Below are positions 57,891 through 64,000 of a stretch of DNA of 64,000 nucleotides, piece after piece. A model generated the notes under the pieces. The model saw only the letters and a list, made by a program, of their open reading frames with translations, made no database searches and was not told the origin of the DNA. Origin of the DNA: a virus (taxonomy: Duplodnaviria > Heunggongvirae > Uroviricota > Caudoviricetes); IMG/VR virus record IMGVR_UViG_3300000304_000005, positions 1 to 64,000 of that record; one strand, 5' to 3'. Position 1 is the stretch's first letter. Each line of letters starts with the position of its first letter. Made by a program: the position numbers and the translations under genes.

Positions 57891-60800
57891 CCAAATACAT
57901 GAATAGCAACACGATAACCTCTACTTGCTTGCATATCTTCTTGCCAAGATGCTATTGTAAAACCAGATGCAGACATTTGTCGTGAGATAATATGAATTTT
58001 GTTGAAGTCTGGGTTTGTAGAGCCACTATTACTCATTAATGTTAATTGTACGGTATAATCTTCATAAGAAGAAAACCCCGTAATGGACGTTGGAAAAGTA
58101 ACTGTTTGAGTATTTTCACCATATGTTTTAAATGTCATAGATACAGTAGCAAATAATTCTACTTTGCCGGATTTATATTTACGATAACGCCATATACCAC
58201 TAGTGCCTTGTGATGTAACCCAATCAGCCAGCGTATTTCCAAAAATTTTTATCTGTTGATTTAATCCATATAAATAAAACATTTCTCCGCCAGTTGATTC
58301 ATAAACTCTAAATTCTCTACCGGATATACGAACACTTGTTTGTCCACTCGTAAGATAAAAATATCCGCCACATACATTATCTATTGTTAGCGAAGGTACA
58401 TCTCCGCCACTAGCTGATATAGACAGTGCATGTAAAGAACCATTATTATACTGTTGATAAAAATCTAATCCAGAAGAACCAAGTATCATTCTACTTTTAC
58501 TGTTAGCACCAAGTGTTATTGAGTTACCAGTAAATGTAGATAAAACAGTATTACCTGATTTAATATCAACGCTATTACTATCAATATAAGTGTTAAAACT
58601 ATTACTTTTGCCAATTCGTGCATAACTTGACCCAAACTCTGACAGGGCAGTTGTCCCGTATCTTATTTTTACACTGTTAGTATCAATATAAGTATTATAT
58701 CCGCTAGTAGTTCCTATTCTTGCCGTACTGCCAAAATATGCAACTTCTGTATTTCCATTATAAACTTCGAGCTGTCCAGTAGAAGCCAATTTAACCTTGG
58801 ATACGGTATCGTTAGTACCTGTATTATATCTGCCGATTGTTAATCCAGATGCATCATATTCCATAAAGCCACGAACATAGCTAGCATTTTCATTAGCACC
58901 ATTAATCGCCTGTGCGAGAACAGGCTCGGTATATTCTGTGACTGCTATGGGGTCACCTTCTCTACTATACTTTATCCAATGAATTTCAGAACGAGTCCAA
59001 ATATAATGACCGCTTGACCACGCAGGTTGCGTAGTAGACCATGAACCACCTTCTTGTTTTGTGGCAGATGTAGATAGATAATACTGTTCAAATATATCGC
59101 TGATATAATCACCATTTTTACCATTTGTGCCATTTATACCGTCTTGACCCTTAGCGCCTTGAATACATACGGCTTTAGAATAAGAAGATACGCCTTCTGG
59201 CGTAGTTGTCTTCGTCCTTTGCCAGATATATTTTCCAGCCTGCCATTGTGGTGAATTGGTAGACCACGATGTAGGCGCTACTGTAGGACTATTACTGATG
59301 CCATATTCAACATCAACGGTTTTGATAGAACCGTTTGCGATATCAATGGCATTACCAGCGGCATCTACAGCACTAGTGATTTCGACCCTAAGCTGTCCAG
59401 CGGTTGCTTCTATTTTTGTCGATAAATCACTTATATTACCATTAACAGTGCTTATGCTACTCGAAAGTTCCGCCCTAATCGCCGATGCGGTTTGAGTTAA
59501 GCTACTAGATAGATTTTGTGTTTCAATACCAAGCTGACTTACAGTTTGCTTCGTCTGGCTATATTCAGAACTAAGACCACTAAGGTCCGCTTTGATACTT
59601 GCAATCTCAGTATTCGTTTCAACAAGAATTCTATCAGGGTCACCTAAGTCATTAATTGTGTGAACCTCAGAATATGAATTCACAATATTAACGCCGCCAT
59701 TAATAGTTAGATTTCCGTCTTTATCGACATATAAAAGCTTATTTAAAGACGGATTACCCTGAGAATCCTTAACCTCTTTTTGAATTGTGAAAATATTATC
59801 CGATTGTGTACCATCGGCATTTGTTGTCAATGTGAAGCCATTGCCATCCATAGTGATGCTGTTGTTCTTATTATAGATTCCGACCTCTTCAGAAAGAATG
59901 ATATTACCGACAATAGTATCGGCGATAACGCCATATGCTTCTTCATTCTTCTTGGTCTTTGGATTCCAGAACATGAAGTTGCCAATACCAGCACGAGCAG
60001 TTTCCCAACCATCGCTTGTGACATATAGACCTCGGTTGATGAGCTTCAATTGTCTATCGTCATATGTATCTGTAATAGGCAGGTATTCACGTGCAAGAAG
60101 ACCACGTTCTCCCCATTCGATATTCTGATTTTCAGCGTTACCGACAATGGTCATGTTGGTCAAATCTAGACCATCAGCAACCCAACCGCTAACCATATTG
60201 CTTGTATTCTTTCCATCAGCAGCTTGACGCTTTACAGAATCATATGAAGTAGCCATAGAAGAAGCTTGGTCTAGTACGCTTTGGATATCGCTCACAGAAT
60301 CTTTAGATTTAATTACATCTGAAAATTCAACGTCGATATCCTCTATGTCATCATAATCAATTGAATAACCAATGAGCCTGAGCTTATATATAGTATCATC
60401 AACCATAATCCTTAGCCAATTACCGACACTGAAACTATCGATGATAGGAGTGAATTTATCAATAAGCAATAGATTTTTCAAGCTACTCGATATAGAGTGT
60501 TGCTGCTCGGCTGATTTATGAATTTCCTGTGTGGCAATCTCTATGAATTCCTGCGCTCTATCAAATAATTCCTTATTATCTAGAGCATCAGAAATAAAGT
60601 TGTCATTTGAATATTTATCTTCACGACGATATGCGCAAAAATCAAGCCATAAATCTTCACCGATATATTTCTCGAAATCAAGAGCATCATGGATTTCATT
60701 ACGATATTCATCTAAATAATTCTGCAAACCATATTTTACAATATCACCATCTGCATTTTTCGTTCCCACGATAACACTGATTTCATGCTCTCGCAAAGAA

Positions 60801-62572
60801 ATCTCTGAATTGATAGCATTAAGCTTGCGAAGATACGGATAATATAAATCATCATATAGATTTGGGTCGCCGCTGCTCCATGTTTCTTTATCCGCAATAC
60901 CTTGCTCGATAAGGATATCAAGAACGGCTTGACACGCACCTTGAAAAGACTTCAACCTGTTGAGACTATATTTACGAAGCTCGTTAACAAAACTGGAATA
61001 TTCCATTTCGAACAAACCTATAATATCAACATCTTCAATCTTATCACGCGAAAGCTGCTTTTCAACCTTCTGCTTCACGAATTCAACATAATTCTCATTA
61101 ATTGAAACCACAACATTTCCACCGGTTGCGGTATCTTCTTCATCATAATAATTCGTAACAGTAAAGCTACCCGTCCAAGTGCAAGTGCTGCTTCCTTTTA
61201 TAAGAGAAGAAGAGTTGATTTTAATTTTGAATCTCGTATCAACAACCAATCTTGCCATAGACAAGATAGCGTTGTCTGCCGTGGCATTCGATATAACATC
61301 TACGTTTTGAACCGCAACAGGGGAGAGATTGGCTGTGTTAAGTTTCGCCAACTCCTTATTCGCATCGGTTTCCATAGTCTCGACGCTAGGCATCATAGAG
61401 CTTGTCAAATATAAATTGAAGTCAATCGTATTATAATAAGCATTCATCAAAGCAGGATAACCAACAATGGGAACATTTATTTTTTCCAAATGCTCATTAA
61501 ACACCTTATATTTATCTACAAGTTGGTTATATAAATTGAGAGCGCCGGTTACACTCTGCATAACAACGTGCTCTTTTTGATAATATTCATATAGCTTATC
61601 ATATGAATCAATTTTATCGACCAACTCTTTCGGCATATCATGCTTCATATCATCAGAGAAATACCATAGATAATCAGTGCCATTAGGATTACAGTTGCGG
61701 ATAGTTGCCGTCATCAAATCGTCTCCACCTTCAAGTTTAAAACAATTCTTTACAGCGTCCGTATCCGTTTCGAATCCTATATTATCCGCAAGCTCATCTG
61801 ATGTAATAAAAATCGTTGTATCATCGCCATATCCCGGCTCAACATTTTCGCTACCACATTTAGGGCATATATCATCCTGTTCCACAGAATCCCATCTATG
61901 ACCGCAATCATCACAATGATTCTGTAAATCATAGACTTCTATACTACGATTCAACTCTCCCGTATGACCATCCGTTTCAGCCTTCAAGATAAAAATGCAT
62001 TTAATCTCATCTGCGATATCTTGAAACGCATCTACGATAGATGTATTGTCAAAAGAAAATGTACGCTGTATTTTTGCGATACTACCATCAACATGAGTAA
62101 TCTTATAATGAGGTGCTTTCTCCGTAATCCTATTAAGAAGCGATATCTCCGGATTTGTCGCATCAAATAAAACAGTTGGTTCTTTATAATCATCGCGCGC
62201 GATATCGTCTTCCGTATTAATTTCAATATTATACAGATTAATCTGTCCAAGCTCTGCCCATCCAAGACCCGTAGCAAATATAGTCTTTACGGTTTCAGCA
62301 GTTTCATCAAGCTCAACAGTTATCTCAAACCACTCGTTCCATTCGACGCAATAGATTAATTTGAAATTCGTTATCTCATCCCATAGCGTACATTCTTTGC
62401 CATCTAGCTCTTTATATACTTTAAATGACATCTCAGAAGCATCATTAAAACTATCTGAAATACTGATACTTTGAGCATCTATCTGCCCAAGTTTATCACC
62501 ATTACGCTGTGCTAATACAACGGTCGGTGCCTCTGGGTTATTAGCAGCATCAAACATGATTCTAATAGCCAT
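57884..62572 (-). CDS. large tail-associated lysin/host-specificity protein (Tal-like) with internal Zn-ribbon
   Basis: 1562-aa ORF directly downstream of a Dit-like gene. CDDCGHRWDSVEQDDICPKCGSEN Zn ribbon. C-terminal Gly/Ser/Thr/Asn-rich fibre-like region. Confidence 0.55.
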   Translation of the reverse strand: MAIRIMFDAANNPEAPTVVLAQRNGDKLGQIDAQSISISDSFNDASEMSFKVYKELDGKECTLWDEITNFKLIYCVEWNEWFEITVELDETAETVKTIFATGLGWAELGQINLYNIEINTEDDIARDDYKEPTVLFDATNPEISLLNRITEKAPHYKITHVDGSIAKIQRTFSFDNTSIVDAFQDIADEIKCIFILKAETDGHTGELNRSIEVYDLQNHCDDCGHRWDSVEQDDICPKCGSENVEPGYGDDTTIFITSDELADNIGFETDTDAVKNCFKLEGGDDLMTATIRNCNPNGTDYLWYFSDDMKHDMPKELVDKIDSYDKLYEYYQKEHVVMQSVTGALNLYNQLVDKYKVFNEHLEKINVPIVGYPALMNAYYNTIDFNLYLTSSMMPSVETMETDANKELAKLNTANLSPVAVQNVDVISNATADNAILSMARLVVDTRFKIKINSSSLIKGSSTCTWTGSFTVTNYYDEEDTATGGNVVVSINENYVEFVKQKVEKQLSRDKIEDVDIIGLFEMEYSSFVNELRKYSLNRLKSFQGACQAVLDILIEQGIADKETWSSGDPNLYDDLYYPYLRKLNAINSEISLREHEISVIVGTKNADGDIVKYGLQNYLDEYRNEIHDALDFEKYIGEDLWLDFCAYRREDKYSNDNFISDALDNKELFDRAQEFIEIATQEIHKSAEQQHSISSSLKNLLLIDKFTPIIDSFSVGNWLRIMVDDTIYKLRLIGYSIDYDDIEDIDVEFSDVIKSKDSVSDIQSVLDQASSMATSYDSVKRQAADGKNTSNMVSGWVADGLDLTNMTIVGNAENQNIEWGERGLLAREYLPITDTYDDRQLKLINRGLYVTSDGWETARAGIGNFMFWNPKTKKNEEAYGVIADTIVGNIILSEEVGIYNKNNSITMDGNGFTLTTNADGTQSDNIFTIQKEVKDSQGNPSLNKLLYVDKDGNLTINGGVNIVNSYSEVHTINDLGDPDRILVETNTEIASIKADLSGLSSEYSQTKQTVSQLGIETQNLSSSLTQTASAIRAELSSSISTVNGNISDLSTKIEATAGQLRVEITSAVDAAGNAIDIANGSIKTVDVEYGISNSPTVAPTSWSTNSPQWQAGKYIWQRTKTTTPEGVSSYSKAVCIQGAKGQDGINGTNGKNGDYISDIFEQYYLSTSATKQEGGSWSTTQPAWSSGHYIWTRSEIHWIKYSREGDPIAVTEYTEPVLAQAINGANENASYVRGFMEYDASGLTIGRYNTGTNDTVSKVKLASTGQLEVYNGNTEVAYFGSTARIGTTSGYNTYIDTNSVKIRYGTTALSEFGSSYARIGKSNSFNTYIDSNSVDIKSGNTVLSTFTGNSITLGANSKSRMILGSSGLDFYQQYNNGSLHALSISASGGDVPSLTIDNVCGGYFYLTSGQTSVRISGREFRVYESTGGEMFYLYGLNQQIKIFGNTLADWVTSQGTSGIWRYRKYKSGKVELFATVSMTFKTYGENTQTVTFPTSITGFSSYEDYTVQLTLMSNSGSTNPDFNKIHIISRQMSASGFTIASWQEDMQASRGYRVAIHVFGW

Positions 62573-62587
62573 ATCGAAACACCTCCT

Positions 62588-63397
62588 TTAAAGTCCGATT
62601 TTTATCCTTGGTGTATAAACCAATTCAATAGTACATGGCAATGATATGGTAAGATGATTTGCATTATCTCTATATGTTTTGGCAATACGTAAAAATCGCC
62701 AATTGAAATCATTTTGAATCTTGTGAGATGCGAGGGAAGTTTCTATAACCGGATAATTCAACTTAATTACTTCGCCCTTCTCACAATTCTTGATGAACAT
62801 CGTCCTATCTTCAATATCGTTATGAATCTCCAAATCACCAGAAGCATCCATAGTAATCTGCATTTCAGGATAGATATACCCCTCTTCATCAGACTGACTC
62901 ATAATGGTTTTCGTTCCATTGGCAATTAAATTCTTAATAGCTACTTTAACAGGCTTATAATATGCAAACGGGCTATTGGTAACCATCTGCAATTCAAACC
63001 CACATAGGATACCGCCAACTTCAATGCGGCTAACATTGAAACTGGCCTCAAAATATATATTCACATATTCATAATTCGTAAAAGAAAACTTGTGAAATTC
63101 TTTGCGATTAAGCCAACGCATAACATCGCGCATCTCTTCTACTGTAATCTCTTCAATCGAACTGATACATGTGTTCTTGCATATCTGAAATGTTGCCGTA
63201 AGATAATCAGAATACTCAACACTGGTTAATTCATATTTAGCTCCGCGTTGAGTGGGGATGGTATTAAATGTGAGTTCAGAACCATTTGTTATCGTATCGG
63301 TGCCACTTGAATCAAACTTACAGATAAGATAACCTTTATCGCTAAGTCTTTCACCATCATATATGAAGTCGTATACTCTCACACAACGCACCTCCAA
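62588..63397 (-). CDS. distal tail protein (Dit-like)
   Basis: 269-aa ORF between TMP-like and Tal-like genes, the typical siphovirus order. Confidence 0.4.
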   Translation of the reverse strand: MEVRCVRVYDFIYDGERLSDKGYLICKFDSSGTDTITNGSELTFNTIPTQRGAKYELTSVEYSDYLTATFQICKNTCISSIEEITVEEMRDVMRWLNRKEFHKFSFTNYEYVNIYFEASFNVSRIEVGGILCGFELQMVTNSPFAYYKPVKVAIKNLIANGTKTIMSQSDEEGYIYPEMQITMDASGDLEIHNDIEDRTMFIKNCEKGEVIKLNYPVIETSLASHKIQNDFNWRFLRIAKTYRDNANHLTISLPCTIELVYTPRIKIGL

Positions 63398-63406
63398 TCG
63401 AAAATA

Positions 63407-63766
63407 CTATTTAATCAGAAGTTTAACAAGCCACCAGCGTCCCTTGAAAACCTCTTCATTTAATGCCTTACGCATCAATTTTACATCCGAAATAAGTCTA
63501 TCGTATTCTTTTGATTTTTCTCTTACACTAGAAATGATTTCTTTCAATTCATCTCTCATAGGTTCAACAGAAGCAATAATCTCATCCTTTTGTCTACATT
63601 TTTCATCAAGTTCAGAAATTTGTTTTTTCAACAATTTTATTTCCTCTGTTTGGCGTTTGATGATTTCACCGCTTCTATTCTTACTTTTCTTTTTGCCATT
63701 CATATTCTTAACCTTTCTTATCAAAAATAGGGGAGACGTGTGTAAATACGTCTCCCCATAACGCAA
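63407..63766 (-). CDS. coiled-coil protein
   Basis: 119-aa ORF rich in Lys/Glu heptads. Confidence 0.3.
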   Translation of the reverse strand: MRYGETYLHTSPLFLIRKVKNMNGKKKSKNRSGEIIKRQTEEIKLLKKQISELDEKCRQKDEIIASVEPMRDELKEIISSVREKSKEYDRLISDVKLMRKALNEEVFKGRWWLVKLLIK

Positions 63767-63837
63767 TATTTAATTGTATAAAATTTGTAAGATTATACAC
63801 ATATACATACAATCTTATTTAACCATCTTATAATTAC

Positions 63838-64000
63838 CGAATCGCCTTGCTCTTAGTCAAGGAGCTTTTACCGGCAATCTTATCAATAGTCATAGAAGAA
63901 ATAAGGCGTTCGAAATTCTTATCTTTTTGCATAGATGCAAGAAGCTGTTCGTAATTCTGTACGTTAGGTAGATTAAACACGACATTCTCAAGATTTTGTG
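63838..64000 (-). CDS. 3' end of an upstream minus-strand gene (possibly tape-measure protein), partial
   Basis: Open frame running off the window end and terminating ...SLTKSKAIR*. Located upstream of the Dit/Tal module. Confidence 0.25.

Noticed and set aside
59256-60128. Plus-strand ORFs inside the giant minus-strand tail gene (and similar antisense ORFs at 2791..3195, 7592..8084, 15189..15632, 32723..33103)
   Set aside because: Embedded antisense to long, well-supported genes. Low-complexity translations with no RBS.
1-64000. CRISPR arrays
   Set aside because: No series of regularly spaced identical direct repeats found. Repeats present are iteron-like or promoter motifs.

Overview
Low-GC (about 35%) tailed phage genome segment, most likely a siphovirus of a Bacillota host that carries an S-layer (the endolysin has SLH repeats). 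About 90 genes in two convergent blocks.

Plus strand, 1 to about 50600: DNA replication, recombination and nucleotide metabolism.
- Replication and recombination: Pol III alpha, DnaB-like helicase, primase, RecD-like helicase, Sak4-like ATPase, PD-(D/E)xK nuclease, tyrosine recombinase.
- Nucleotide metabolism: FolD, dCMP deaminase, dUTPase, a ThyX-like protein, anaerobic RNR NrdD/NrdG.
- Also a 3-tRNA cluster, a cysteine desulfurase, and at least 8 homing-endonuclease genes (HNH, HNH-AP2, GIY-YIG).

Minus strand, about 51000 to 64000: tail and lysis genes (TMP C-terminus, Dit, giant Tal-like tail protein, tail-fibre-like proteins, holin).

Notable elements:
- A diversity-generating retroelement (DGR). 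An RT with the IGxxxSQ signature, a 129-bp template repeat (TR), and a variable repeat (VR) at the 3' end of a tail-fibre-like gene. All of the >20 TR/VR mismatches fall at TR adenines.
- nrdD interrupted by three related group-I-like introns. One carries a GIY-YIG HEG, and a 37-codon mini-exon lies between introns 2 and 3.
- An RNA ligase (DRB0094/Rnl-type) interrupted at its KxDG motif by a 361-aa LAGLIDADG intein.
- A polynucleotide kinase-HD phosphohydrolase fusion. Together with the ligase and tRNAs this suggests a tRNA end-healing/sealing module.
- A recurrent promoter-like motif AAGGTTATAT.
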